DNA of 64,000 nucleotides from Octopus vulgaris (GCA_951406725.2 OX597830.1:70928001-70992000); one strand, 5' to 3'; numbered from the stretch's first letter, positions 36,902 to 50,351 are shown. Notes: generated from the letters alone by a model not told the origin. Made by a program: numbers and translations.

Positions 36902-37315
36902 AGGAGTAGCTGTTTGGTAAGTAGCTTGCTTACCAACCACATAGTTCCAGGTTCAGTCTCACTGCGTGGCACCTCGAGCAAGTGTCTTCCACTATAACCT
37001 CGGGCTGACCAAAGCCTTGTGAGTGGATTTGGTTGACGGAAACTGAAAGAAGCTCGTCGTATATATGTATATATATAAATATATGTATGCGTGTGTATAT
37101 GTTTGTGTGTCTGTGTTTGACCCCCCTCCCCAACATCGCTTGACAACCAATGCTGGTGTGTTTAGGTCCTCGTAACTTAGCGGTTCGGCAAAAGAGACCG
37201 ATAGAATAAGTACTAGGCTTACAAAGAATAAGTCCTTGGGTCGATTTGCTCGACCAAAGGCGATGCTCCAGCATGGCCACAGTCAAATGACTGAAACAAG
37301 TAAAAGAGTAAAGAG
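36902..37315 (+). mobile_element. SINE family A, full length
   Basis: Family match. Confidence 0.9.
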
Positions 37316-37500
37316 AGAATTTCGGTTTTGTACTTCTCTTTTTTTTTTTTCTTGAAGATTCTTGATGTGGGTTCACATGTTGAATCATATTTTGCTGTAT
37401 CTTGCGGGTGTCATTATATGAATAATAAACACAAAACAATGGATCCATTAACTGTTAAGTTGAAATCTATTTATCTGACGTGAGTTTATATATTTGAGAG

Positions 37501-38108
37501 TGGTGGCGCAATAGCCCAGTGGTTAGGGCAGCGGACTCGCGGTCATAGGATCGCGGTTTCGATTCCCAGACCGGGCGTTGTGAGTGTTTATTGAGCGAAA
37601 ACACCTAAAGCTCCACGAGGCTCCGGCAGGGGATGGTGGTGATCCCTGCTGTACTCTTTCACCACAACTTTCTCTCACTCTTACTTCCTCTTTCTGATGT
37701 ACCTGTATTTCAAAGGGCCGGCCTTGTCACTCTCTGTGTCACGCTGAATATCCCCGAGAACTACGTTAAGGGTACACGTGTCTGTGAGCTGACAGAAACG
37801 TTAGCACGCCGGGCGAAATGCTTAGCGGTATTTCGTCTGCGTTACGTTGTGAGTTCAAATTCCGCCGAGGTCGACTTTGCCTTTCATCCTTTCGGGGTCG
37901 ATAAATTAAGTACCAGTTATGCACTGGGGTCGATATAATCGACTTAATACCTATGTCTGTCCTTGTTTGTTCCCTCTGTGTTTAGCCCCTTGTGGGTAAT
38001 AAAGAAATAGGAGTGCTCAGCCACTTGCACGTTAATTTCACGAGCAGCCTGTTCCGTTGATTCGGATCAACCGGAACCCTCATCGTCGTAACCGACGGAG
38101 TACTTCCA
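37501..38108 (+). mobile_element. tRNA-derived SINE family E (C-like head and body + tail type 2), interrupted by SINE B
   Basis: Head GGTGGCGCAATAGCCCAGTGGTTAGGGCAGCGGACTCGCGGTC...GGTTTCGATTCC; tail rejoins as GTGTCTGTG|GAGTGCTCAGCC. Confidence 0.88.
37787..38010 (+). mobile_element. SINE family B (tail variant 1) nested in SINE E
   Basis: AGCTGACAGAAACGTTAGC...TAAAGAAATAG. Confidence 0.9.
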
Positions 38109-38647
38109 TATATTTGAGAAAGACAATTGTGAAAAGCCGAACATAGATAGGATTGAACTCGAACATCATAGCTAAACACAGAAAAAAAAGAAATTTGTTC
38201 AGTGTTCCACCGATCATGCCATTCCGCCGCCTCCTTGCTGATTACTGAAATAAAAAGGTCAACGGAAATATATATTTTTTTTGCTTAAATTCCCACTTGA
38301 GACCGAGCGCCAACGATATCAATGACATCTTGGGAGAACGCCCAGAAGCAAACCAGCCTAACTGATTTTAAATGAAGGAATAATTATCAACATAGCCATG
38401 TTAATGGCTATTAGCGTCCGTTCGAAATTAAGAAAATCGTTTGTCATTTTTTTGTTAAATAACAAGATTTACTTACAGCCTTGAGTGGTTATTTCGCTTT
38501 TTTTTTTCGTCCCCTTCCATCTCCGTTTTCTCTGTTGCTATTATTGGCAGGTGTTGCATTATACTGAAACACACTGCAGTTTTCAGTGAGTTAGGCTGTG
38601 CAAAGGCAAACACATTCCTCAATATAGAAAGCTAATTTATATATATA

Positions 38648-39015
38648 ATAGCAGTATCGCCCGGCGTTGCTCGGGTTTGTAAGGGAAATAACTATATAAG
38701 CATCTCAGTATGGCTAACTACAAAGGGGGGGGGGGTGTTACTGTAGCTTTTACGTTCTGAGATTTAATAATAACTTTTTAGAGAGTTACTTCCCTAATTT
38801 ATGCCAAAAATGCATTAAAAATGGGAAAAATTGATGGTAAACTATTTTTAAAATCGTATACTCATTGTAGACGCGCGCTAATACCCAGAAGGGCTCGATA
38901 TGAATCACGACTATAAGATACCCGGTTTTGGTTAAACTGCACCGCAAAATGTGGGAGTAGTTAGGAATCTAAATCGTAGGAGACAGACAGCACACAACCT
39001 CACTTTTATATATAA

Positions 39016-39018
<3 letters not shown>
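38648..39018 (-). mobile_element. Non-autonomous Helitron, second copy
   Basis: Homologous to 5584-5984; terminal CTAG mutated. Confidence 0.85.
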
Positions 39019-39053
<35 letters not shown>

Positions 39054-39134
39054 TATAAACAGGGTGGCGAATACTCGTTATGAATATCACTACCAGTGGC
39101 CTAGCATGTATAAAAAGTCAATAGACAACATATT

Positions 39135-39507
39135 CGTATTTCAAAATAGAAAATTACCCTTTAACAGGTAATTTTTTACATGCTAGAAATAGCAGCCAAA
39201 CATGGCCAAAAAACCAAAATTTTATAGCAAATTTTGAAGTAAATGAAAAATAAAAAACCTTTACCTTGTTATATAACGGTTATACCATGGTTTCGAATTT
39301 CTTTAGCAAATAATATTGCTTGCCATCTTTTAATAGATAATTTAGCAAGACCATATTATCTACCAGGCGTTATATAACAAGGTAAAGGTTTTTATTTTTC
39401 ATTTACTTCGAAATTTGCTATAGAATTGTGGTTTTTCGCCGTGTTTGGCTGCTATTTCTAGCATGTAAAAATTACCTGTTAAAGGGTAATTTTCTATTTT
39501 GAAATAC

Positions 39508-39508
<1 letters not shown>
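39135..39508. repeat. Inverted repeat, about 144 bp arms and 90 bp spacer, embedded in (TA)n
   Basis: CGTATTTCAAAATAGAAAATTACCCTTTAACAGGTAATTTTTACATGCTAGAAATAGCAGCCAAAC... and its reverse complement. Confidence 0.93.
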
Positions 39509-39560
<52 letters not shown>

Positions 39561-40137
39561 ATTATTCATTTGTTCATATAGTGTCTTGTGTTACATCTAT
39601 AAATGGAAGAACGTATTACAAATATACATATATATATATACAGAGATACAGAAATATATACATACATATACACGCACGCGCATATACCATCACACACGCG
39701 CGCGCACACATGGATACATTAGGCTGCGTGACCACCTCACGCAGACATATGCTGAAGGATTAACTTACCCTGTCAATCGGAGAAGTTTATATTCAACCTT
39801 GCTTCTCGTTTCACAGGGTATATTCATCTTTTGGCAAAAAACAGCATAGTACAGGTGGTGCTAAGTGTTTAATTACAACATACCTTGAAATACTTTATGA
39901 GTAATACGTTGTACCTGACTTTGGTCTTCTCATTTGGATGGTCGAAATTGTAGTGTTGCCGTGGTGTTAGTTAGCAAATATATAAGGATTACAGTAAGCG
40001 TGGTGTTCTGTTGCTGTAGATAATGCTACAACATTTGGCATCTACTACATATATTTATGTATGTATATATATATATTTCGTTTTGGGATTTGGTTTGCAA
40101 GATTCTTTATGTGAGTTCGTGTGTTGAAGCATATTCT

Positions 40138-40308
40138 GTTGTGTCTGAAGAGAGTCATTCTCTTTTTCTGCCTTATATTGAAAAGGTTGCAAGACACTAC
40201 GAAGATTTTTGAAAAATAAGAATAAAAATAAGAAATAGGTGGAAATTTTACCGGTGAGTGTGTTAGATTATGAGGCACAAAAAGAAAAGGATTCTCCCCA
40301 GACACAAC
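40138..40308. repeat. Diverged inverted repeat (about 40 bp arms) between microsatellites
   Basis: GTTGTGTCTGAAGAGAGTC..TTTTTCTGCCTTATA / TATGAGGCACAAAAAG..TTCTCCCCAGACACAAC. Confidence 0.7.
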
Positions 40309-40311
40309 TGT

Positions 40312-40365
<54 letters not shown>

Positions 40366-40584
40366 TTATACACACACACACAGACGCACACATGCACACG
40401 CATACGCGTATAATTGAAAAACGTTAAACATTCCTGCAATACACAAGTAAAAACAGAAATAAGGAAGTCAGAGCAATACTTTACCCTTTGTTTTATATTT
40501 CAATATATTCGGGAATGATAGACCTTTGTCAAGTGAAAACATAGGATGGCATCGAACTTGTATCTTTTACTTTGATATCTCAGT

Positions 40585-40891
40585 GTTGTTATTGCTTGTT
40601 CTTTCTCGAGCCACGCTTGGCTCATAACGGCCGGTTTCTCAGTTTCCTTGGCGTACAGGTTCCCCTCCTGGACGGGACGCTGGTCCGTCGCAGGTGAGCT
40701 GCTAGATGCAGGAAAAGAGTGAGAGAAAGTTGTGGCGAAAGAGCCAGCAGAAGTTCGTCATTACCTTCAGTCGGAGCCGCGTGGAGCTTAGGTGTTCGCT
40801 CATAAACACACACATCGCCCGGTCTGAGATTCGAACCAGCGATCACTCGACCGCGAGCCCGCTGCTCTAACCACTTGGCCATGTGCCTCCA
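40585..40891 (-). mobile_element. SINE family C, full length
   Basis: Homologous to 11381-11686 and 63408-63716. Confidence 0.9.
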
Positions 40892-41371
40892 CGATAGCTC
40901 ACAGTACTTCACTGAAACTACATTGTTACATATGTATATGCGGTGTGGTGCATGCATGTGCTTCTGTTGGGCATGCGTAAAGAAGCGCTCGTGTTTTATG
41001 AAACGCATATTTATACATTCAAAAATATAGCAAATCTGCATGGTACTGAACTGTACCATAACAGATTTATGATGAAATGAAACATTTTAGAGCGATGACT
41101 AACGATAGTGAACTTGAAATGGACCGGATTTTAATATCATATAATATACTATTTAAATAGTTAAAAAATGAAAACTGTTATACTGTTTAACTTCTAAACT
41201 GAGACAAAGCATGCGTTTCGTGTAGATCCAAGGTTAGTTAGGTTGCTTCATCAGCCAGATATGAAAAGAAGCTTCGGCATGACTGCTACTTAGTCTCAAA
41301 GTGCTCGACACAAAACCGGACACGAGATATGAAATTTGGGAAATAAATAAGTAAGCAAAAGAACAAACGAA

Positions 41372-41515
41372 CATCCCCGTAACTTAGTGGTTTGGCAAAA
41401 GGGATGTACTAGGTTTACAAGTATTGGGGGCGATTTGTTCGACTAAAGGCGTTGCTTCAGCATAGCCGCGGTCAAATGACTGAAACAAATAAAAGAACAA
41501 AAGAACAAAAGAACA
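41372..41515 (+). mobile_element. SINE A 3' fragment
   Basis: TCCCCGTAACTTAG...CAAATGACTGAAACAA. Confidence 0.8.
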
Positions 41516-41738
41516 TACATAAAAAACATACATCTGATTAAATCCCATACCGAGCTGTTGGTTAACGACATCATAGCCTTTCTATATAGTGGAAGTACCA
41601 ATTTATGCAACAGTCCAGGCTAGGGTTCAAGATTTTGTATTTCTTGGTCCCCACTTCTCAAAAAATCTGTGCGTTTGACAAACCGCAGACGTGCATAAAT
41701 ACAATAAATAGATAAACAAATGAATAAATAATTAAGCA

Positions 41739-41769
<31 letters not shown>

Positions 41770-42606
41770 CGAAAACAAGCAAACTCATAGATAAAAAGTA
41801 TATAAACTCAGAAAGAAAATGTTATATCAGAACTAGAGGAATCCTCATAAGCAAGTAAGGGATATCCAGGTCCCTCTTTATGAAGGTCCCCCTTTTACCA
41901 ATATCAGGCATGAAGAGAGGGCCGTGGAAATGAAATGAAATGAAATGGATCAAAGGTGACACCACTGTCGGAGCGCCAGCATGGGCACAGCGAATGGTTG
42001 AATCCATCTAAAATTGTATGTGTGCGTGTGTTTATTTACGTTTTACTTGTTTCAGCCGGTCACCATGATGGGGTACACCTTGAAGAATTTTACTAATACC
42101 TAATATGATTCTCAACTACACCATCACCTTCATATATGTACACACGATATCAAGTTCTGTTTTAGAGAGAGAGAGAGGGAGAGAGAGAGAGATAGAGAGA
42201 GAAAGAGAGAGAGAGAAAGAGAGACAGAGAAACATGTAGACAGATTTCTCGTTTATTTCATAAATCGTACGCTTTATCTTTCAACTTCTATTCTGTCCCT
42301 GACGTTTGCTAGTAGCCCGGAGCGTTTAGCAGTTGACACTACCATATTGAACAATATATTCAATAAGGCGTCGAAACTGTAATGATTTTTGCTTAATAAC
42401 TGGTGAGGGACGAACGTGCCCGTGTCGTTCTTCGTTTTTTTTCTTCCTGTTTTCTATATATTCATCTTCCTGCTATGTCACATTTTATGACACACACACA
42501 CACATATACACATACATGTACATATACATTCATTCATTCATACATATATACATACATACATACATACATACATATACATTCATTCATACATACATACATA
42601 CATACA

Positions 42607-42640
<34 letters not shown>

Positions 42641-42672
42641 CATACATATATGCATACACACACACTCACACA

Positions 42673-42734
<62 letters not shown>

Positions 42735-43194
42735 GTTGAAATTTACAGAAAAACAAAAGACGAATACAGGTGTATGAGAAAACAAGCAGGTGTATTAGTT
42801 TGAGGCTCGGGAAAGTGAGAAAGTCCTTTATGTTTCGAGCCTACGCTCTTTCAATATACAGGAATGAGAGAAGATAAACACGGTTTGCCTGCTTTACATT
42901 TTCGATCGAGTAAAAATTTCCCCTTTCTTTGCGATACCTTTACAAAAATACTTCATCGTTTCGGGTTTTTCATTTTCAGTTAATTTTGCTTCTATTTCTT
43001 TTTATCCACATAGAGGTAAACCCTTCAATGAACTGTCACTTGCAAGTATTTTTGTGTATTTTTAAATGCTTTGTTAATATTTTCGAGATTATAATCTTAG
43101 ACGTCAAGAAAGTCAATTTATCTGGAAATGAATATAAATTTCTTCCACCAAAATTCAAATTTGCGAGGGTTTACCAGAATCAGCGAATTTAATA

Positions 43195-43410
43195 TGAAGT
43201 TTAAAATAAAGATAACTGACAGAGTAATCAAAGGAAAGAAAGAAAACTGGGAAAAAGAACTAGTATGATTACGGGCTTTTTAAGAGCCTTAAAATACATG
43301 ACATAAATATATAGATACATTATGGAAACAATGGGGAAAGCTCGATTGTCTTGGGTAGAAAAAATATAATAATGTAGCATTTATATATATACACAAACAT
43401 GCATATATAT
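43195..43410 (+). repeat. Local direct duplication, copy 1 (copy 2 at 45830-46055)
   Basis: AACTGACAGAGTAATCAA.GGAAAGAAAGAAAACTGGGAAAAAGAACTAGT...TTATGGAAACAATGGG.AAAGCTCGAT in both. Confidence 0.9.
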
Positions 43411-43422
43411 ATATATATATAT

Positions 43423-43594
43423 AGGCGCAGGAGAGGCTGTGTGGTAAGTAGCTTGTTTACTAACCACATGGTTCCGGGTTCAGTCCCACTGCATGGCAAC
43501 TTGGGCAAGTGTCTTCTACTATAGCCTCGGGCCGACCAAAGCCTTGTGAGTGGATTTGGTAGACGGAAACTGAAAGAAGCCCGTCGTATATATG

Positions 43595-43666
<72 letters not shown>

Positions 43667-43835
43667 TGTGTGTGTTTGTGTATCTGAGTTTGTCCCCCTA
43701 GCATTGGTTGACAACCGATGCTGGTGTGCTTACGTCCCCCGTCACCTAGCGGTTCGGCAAAAAGAGACCGATAGAATAAGTACTAGGCTAACAAAGAATA
43801 AGTCCCTGACTGAAATAAGTAAAATAGTAAAAGAG

Positions 43836-43836
<1 letters not shown>
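43423..43836 (+). mobile_element. SINE family A with a 3' internal deletion
   Basis: Intact head GGCGCAGGAGAGGCTGTGTGG; AATAAGTCCC|TGACTGAAA junction. Confidence 0.9.
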
Positions 43837-43905
<69 letters not shown>

Positions 43906-43925
43906 TACACACACACCTGTACATA

Positions 43926-43964
<39 letters not shown>

Positions 43965-43965
<1 letters not shown>

Positions 43966-44185
43966 TATGGCTGCCCCCTCGTTATCGAGTATGGCCATTG
44001 CACGAAGCTTAACAGTTACTGGTGCTGTGATCGAATGTGACTTTTTAGCCCAGCTAAAGATCTACAATGTCTTGTACAGAATTAGCAACTAATACCTTTA
44101 CCGGTAATAGCCGGCTGCAGTTGTAACTGGGCTTCATGTACCTTTGCATGTCGTTTAAGTCCTGCCGAAATACACTCTCTTCCAC
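43965..44185 (-). mobile_element. RTE zinc-finger 3' end fragment, copy 2
   Basis: Homologous to 18985-19215 (CGRECISAGLKRHAKVHEAQLQLQP). Confidence 0.85.
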
Positions 44186-44262
44186 AGGAAGAGAATATAT
44201 ATATAAACATATATACATACATGCATACATACATGATATATGTACATATTTTATATACATGT

Positions 44263-44570
44263 TCTTTTATTCTGTTACTTATTTCAGTCATTTGACTGCA
44301 GCCATGCTGGAGCACCGCCGTAGAGGGTTTCAGTCGGAGAAATCGACCGCAGGGCTTACTCCTTGTAAGCCTACTACCTTGTATATCGGTTTCTTTTGCT
44401 GAACCGCTAAGTTACAGGGACGCAAACACACCAACGTCGGTTGTCAAATGATGGTGGTGACACAAAGACACAAAGCCCTAGTCTATAGTAGAAAACATTT
44501 GCCCTAGGTGCCACGCTGTAGGACTGAACTCGGAACCATTTGGTTGGGAAGCAAGCTTCGTACTACACAG
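44263..44570 (-). mobile_element. SINE family A (internally deleted)
   Basis: Family match; shares diagnostic AGTCGGAGAAATCGACCGCAGG with 46440-46615. Confidence 0.85.
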
Positions 44571-45194
44571 TTACATAGTGTATCTTGTGTGAGCTGTTAG
44601 AAGTACGACTGCTGCTGTTATGTTAGGACTTCGCGTAGAAGTCCACTCTACATGCTTACTACCCGTACATTGGTAGCATAGTACTATCCGTACATTGGTA
44701 GTATAGTATACTACTATACTTTGTAGTATTACTAGTTAAGAAATCCAGAACAAATGTAGGAGAATTTACGACAGACAAAAGTTAGATTATTGCTACTTAC
44801 GTATATTTCAACGTTATGGTTGCTTGGAACTCTGCAATGGATGTTTCAAGTGCATTTGGAGTTTCAACCAGAACGGATCATGAAGGAACACATTATTGCA
44901 TTAAGTTGCAGAGAATTAATGTAATGCATTGGGAGCTTAGTAGATGGGGAGGAATTTTATAGGTGCTATGGTAGGGAGACAGAAAGAAGGAAATTGGATG
45001 TTAAAAGAAACATAAAATTTTTTTTTTAAATACTTGGGAGAAGGAGATCGAAAGAGAGGCGGCAAAGGTAATTATAGAATAAAGCGAAAAAGGAACGGAG
45101 AGAAAACAGGAAGAGAGGAAAAATAAAATAAAAAAAGGGATTCACACGGACACTCGTACGCGCACGCACACACACATACGTACACTTACATATA

Positions 45195-45420
45195 GTCGGG
45201 GCGCATGACGTAATGATTAGGGTGTGGACTTATGATCATAAGATTGTGGTTTCAATTCCTGGATCGGGCGACATGTGTTCTTGAGCAAAATACTTCAATC
45301 CACGTTGCTTCAATCCATGCAGTTGGTAAAAATGAGTAATCCTGCGACAGAGCAACGTCCCGTCCAAGGAGGTATATAAACGCCAGAGCAACCAGGAAGC
45401 TGGACTCATGTTCCTTAAGG
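45195..45420 (+). mobile_element. Degenerate SINE D
   Basis: Head, CORE-like TGTTCTTGAGCAAAA and CCTGCGACAGAGCAACGTCCCGTCC. Confidence 0.7.
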
Positions 45421-46067
45421 AGCAATGTAGACTAATGATATATATATATATATATATAATTTCAGCAAAAACAATTAAGATTCAAATGAATTCAAATGAA
45501 TTCAAATGAATTCGAATGAATATGGTACTTAAATTAGATGCACCAGGATTCTTTATGGTATTAACCATAAAATTATGTGGGGTGATTATAACCAAGGAAA
45601 AAAGCAAAAAGAAAAAAAGCAACAACTGATCCATTCTTGTTGTTTTTTCTTGGTTATATATATATATATATATATATATCGTTGGTATTTAGTTAAACTG
45701 TCGTATGTCCAAATTTGGCCAAATGCCTTTTTTTTCTTAATATTTATTTTTGCTTGCCATAGCCGGTCCTTTTGGCCAATCTGTCGTATCTCCAAATACT
45801 TCAGATGCCAAGAGATCAAAAATTGTCAAAGTTTGAAATAAAGATAATAACTGACAGAGTAATCAACGGAAAGAAAGAAAACTGGGAAAAAGAACTAGTT
45901 TGATCACCGGTTTTTTAAGAACCTTAAAATACATGTCATAAATACATAATGTATATAGGTAGATTATGGAAACAATGGGAAAAGCTCGATCATTCTGGGT
46001 AGAAAAAATATAATAATATAACATTTATATATATACACACACACATGCATATACATATATGTGTGTA

Positions 46068-46120
<53 letters not shown>

Positions 46121-46122
<2 letters not shown>

Positions 46123-46329
46123 TTTACTCTTTTACATGTTTCAATCATTTGACTGCGGCCATGCTGGAGCACCGCATTTAGTCGAGCAAATCGACCCCGG
46201 GACTTATTCTTTGTAAGCCCAGTACTTATTCTATCGGTCTCTTTTGCCGAACCGCTAGGTGACGGGGACGTAAACACACCAGCATCGGTTGTCAAGCAAG
46301 CTACTTACCACACAGCCACTCCTGCGCCT
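46121..46329 (-). mobile_element. SINE family A with large internal deletion
   Basis: Junction GGTTGTCAAGC|AAGCTACTTACC (CAAGC microhomology). Confidence 0.88.
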
Positions 46330-46364
46330 ATATATTAATATATATAACAACACACACCTAGTTA

Positions 46365-46415
<51 letters not shown>

Positions 46416-46714
46416 CATATATGATATATGTACATTTATTCTTTTACTTGTTTCAGTCATTTGATTGTGGCCATGCTGGATCACCGCCTTAGAGGATTTT
46501 AGTCGGAGAAATCGACCGCAGGACTTATTCCTTGTAAGCCTGCTAATTTGTATATCGGTGTTTTTTTGCCGAACAGCTATGTTACGAGGTCGTAAAAACA
46601 CCAATGTCGGTTGTCATATTGTACAACGGTTTTGCTATGGAATGGTGAAATTATTTTTTCGCTTTCTGAAAAAGCAACGTTTTGTACTTACGACACTATT
46701 ACATAATAGCAACG

Positions 46715-46744
46715 ATATATATATATATATATATGAAAGTATTG

Positions 46745-46806
<62 letters not shown>

Positions 46807-47132
46807 GTATATATCTATATCTATATATAAATATACATATGTATATGTAATGTATATATATGTATATACGTATAAGTCAGTATGTATATATATATATGTA
46901 TATATGTATATATATATATATATATATATGTACGTATATATATATGTATATATGCTTATATATATATATGTATATATGTATATATATATATAGATATATA
47001 TAGATACATATATATATATGTATATATGTATGTATATATATATGTACATATATGGATATATATATACATTGATATATATATATGGATATACATATATATA
47101 TATACATTTATATATATACATATATATTTATA

Positions 47133-47184
<52 letters not shown>

Positions 47185-47305
47185 TATGCATATATGTATA
47201 TGCATATATATATATATGTGTATATATACATATATATGTATATACATTTATATATATATATATGTATATATATGTAAATATTTATATATGTGTATATATA
47301 TATGT
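46715..47305. repeat. Long degenerate (TA)n/(TATATG)n array
   Basis: Directly visible; similar arrays at 24500-25280, 48000-48560, 50280-50630, 52100-52420 and elsewhere. Confidence 0.95.
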
Positions 47306-48072
47306 AAGTATTAATTTGCAAATGTTACAAGTTGACTCTAGTGCGAAGAGTTGATTGTATGGTTTTTAAAGTCATCACAGAATAACACTCATACATTTGT
47401 CAAATAAAGAGAAAACAAAACAAAAGAATATCGTTATCAATATTATACTGCAAAATGACACTATTTCATTTCGTGTACAAACATTATCAATATCTACATT
47501 ATATACTCATTATCCTGACCGCAAGTGCAATCATTGTGACTGTCTCTGTTCCAACATAAAATGATTTCCCTTTCTATTATAAATGCTCACTGCTAAAGGT
47601 ACAATCCCAAATTCATTATTTACTTAGTTTAATCAACTGAATAAGGATTTAACAAAGCAGTCGAGGTGGAAGCCATCCGTGAAATTGACGGAGGTTCAAT
47701 TCTCATCTTTGTCGATTTCCTGTGCAAGAAAAACTATATAAAATAAAAAAAATGGATTTAAAGCTGTCTTCCTTCCTGTCTTATGATTGCTAATGTCTTG
47801 TATTTGTTGTATTTATCGTTGTTTTTTGTTTCTTTTGTAATATATTTATTCGTTTACTTTATTTTTCGATAATTCTGTCTTTATTAATGTATTGTGATTG
47901 CTTGGTGAAGCATGCGAGGGCGTATCTCTTAGTTTGGTATCGTTGTGTAGAATTCATTATGAATGCAAACGCGCGCATACGGAAGCGCGGGCTCATTCAC
48001 GCCCTCACACACACACACGCACACATAAGCACACATACACAGACAGACACACATAAATATATATACACACAA

Positions 48073-48123
<51 letters not shown>

Positions 48124-48129
48124 CACACT

Positions 48130-48164
<35 letters not shown>

Positions 48165-48250
48165 GTTCAGATATATATATATATCCATAAATATTTTAAT
48201 GTATATGTATATACATATATCCATATATATACATATATATACATGCATAC

Positions 48251-48311
<61 letters not shown>

Positions 48312-48505
48312 CATATATAAGCATATATACATATATATACGTACATATATATATATAGATATATATATAGATACATTTATATATATATACATACGGATTT
48401 ATACATATATACATATATATACATACACATATATATATATTTATATATAGATATATATATATATGTATATATATATACATACATATCTATCTATCTATCT
48501 ATCTA

Positions 48506-48559
<54 letters not shown>

Positions 48560-48692
48560 TGAAGACAACAGAGTGTGAATTTTTGAACGCATATAATATA
48601 TACCTCAATCTCTATGAACCCAAGCATACATGGAAGCCAGCACACACACACTCAAGCGAGCGCGCAATAACAACGAAGTAGACGGGATGAGA

Positions 48693-48730
<38 letters not shown>

Positions 48731-48855
48731 AAAAGAGTCAGAGAGAGAGAGAGAGAGAGAGAGAAAGAAAAAGAGTCAGGGAGAGAGAGAGAGACTAATA
48801 AGCATATCTGTCCTGTTCGTTTCGTTTCATACATTGACGTGTACTCTTTTCTGTG

Positions 48856-48937
<82 letters not shown>

Positions 48938-49010
48938 GTACACACATATATACATACATAATTGTATATATATAAGTACTCACGAATATATAAATACACA
49001 TGCACGTGTA

Positions 49011-49063
<53 letters not shown>

Positions 49064-49397
49064 GTGTTCATGTGTATATATACATATTTAAAAAAAAAAA
49101 ATTTTTATTTAAATAAATAAATAAATAAAAAAAAGGTATATATACATATGAACACATATGTATGTATATATATATATATATATATATATACACGTGCATG
49201 TGTATTCATATATTCGCGAGTCTGCGTGTGTGTACATAGATAGATAGATAAACCATAGAGATAAAAGTATGCGAACTGTTTATCACATAGAAGCAAAAAA
49301 ATATACCTAAGTATATATTAGCATGAACGTACCAGTATATATATATGAATGTATATTCATGAATACATAAAATCATATATATACCTTCGTATCTAAT

Positions 49398-49429
<32 letters not shown>

Positions 49430-49440
49430 TACATATATAT

Positions 49441-49484
<44 letters not shown>

Positions 49485-49618
49485 ATATATACATATATAT
49501 ACATATATATAAATATATATACATACATATTTATGTATGTATATATATGTATGTAAATGTATATGTGTGTATATATATGTATGTATAAATATATATATAT
49601 ATATATGTATGTACGTAT

Positions 49619-49821
49619 GTGACCTCATGTGCACCGTTGGCGATTTTTTTTCCTCTGTCTTCCCTTCTCTGGGTCTTTCCTTCTCCTATGTTTCCGACGA
49701 AGAGCTCCGCTCGAAACGTTAAACCCTCCTTCTTCCCTTCTTTCCTGAGCGTCCAATAATACTATCTTTGTTCCAATAATACTATCTTTGTGTTTTTTTT
49801 TGTGTTTTCTTGTTTGAATTA

Positions 49822-49828
<7 letters not shown>
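49619..49828 (+). mobile_element. Hammerhead-bearing short repeat, copy 2
   Basis: Homologous to 30113-30325; hammerhead-like motif at 49690-49724. Confidence 0.75.
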
Positions 49829-49887
<59 letters not shown>

Positions 49888-50284
49888 ATTAGATACGTAG
49901 AGACAGATTCATAATATATCTACGACTGTAAATAAGAGTAAATATGCATATGCGATACACTAATATTTCGAAATAACTGTAAATAACTATATGCATGCAT
50001 GTGTGTGTGTGTGTGTGTGTGTGCGCTCGAGCGTACGTGTGTATGTATGAGTGTGTACGCGGTCGTGTATTAAAATTACAATGAGGTGTACCTCATTGAA
50101 ACATTACAATAGGCCTAGAGCGATTGGTATCCAGTGAAGCGTGCTTTATGCTGTTGATTCTTAACTATTATGAAAAACAATGGTGAACACTTAAGTTCCA
50201 TATTAGTTTATCATTTGCCAGCTGCCCAAAACATAAATATTTACGTCTATATTATCTGTCAATATAACTATACATGTGTGTGTC

Positions 50285-50351
<67 letters not shown>

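Noticed and set aside
39182-39193. GCTAGAAATAGC, identical to the engineered Cas9 sgRNA tetraloop hairpin
   Set aside because: Only 12 nt match with no GTTTTAGA or tracr sequence; it is part of an endogenous repeat
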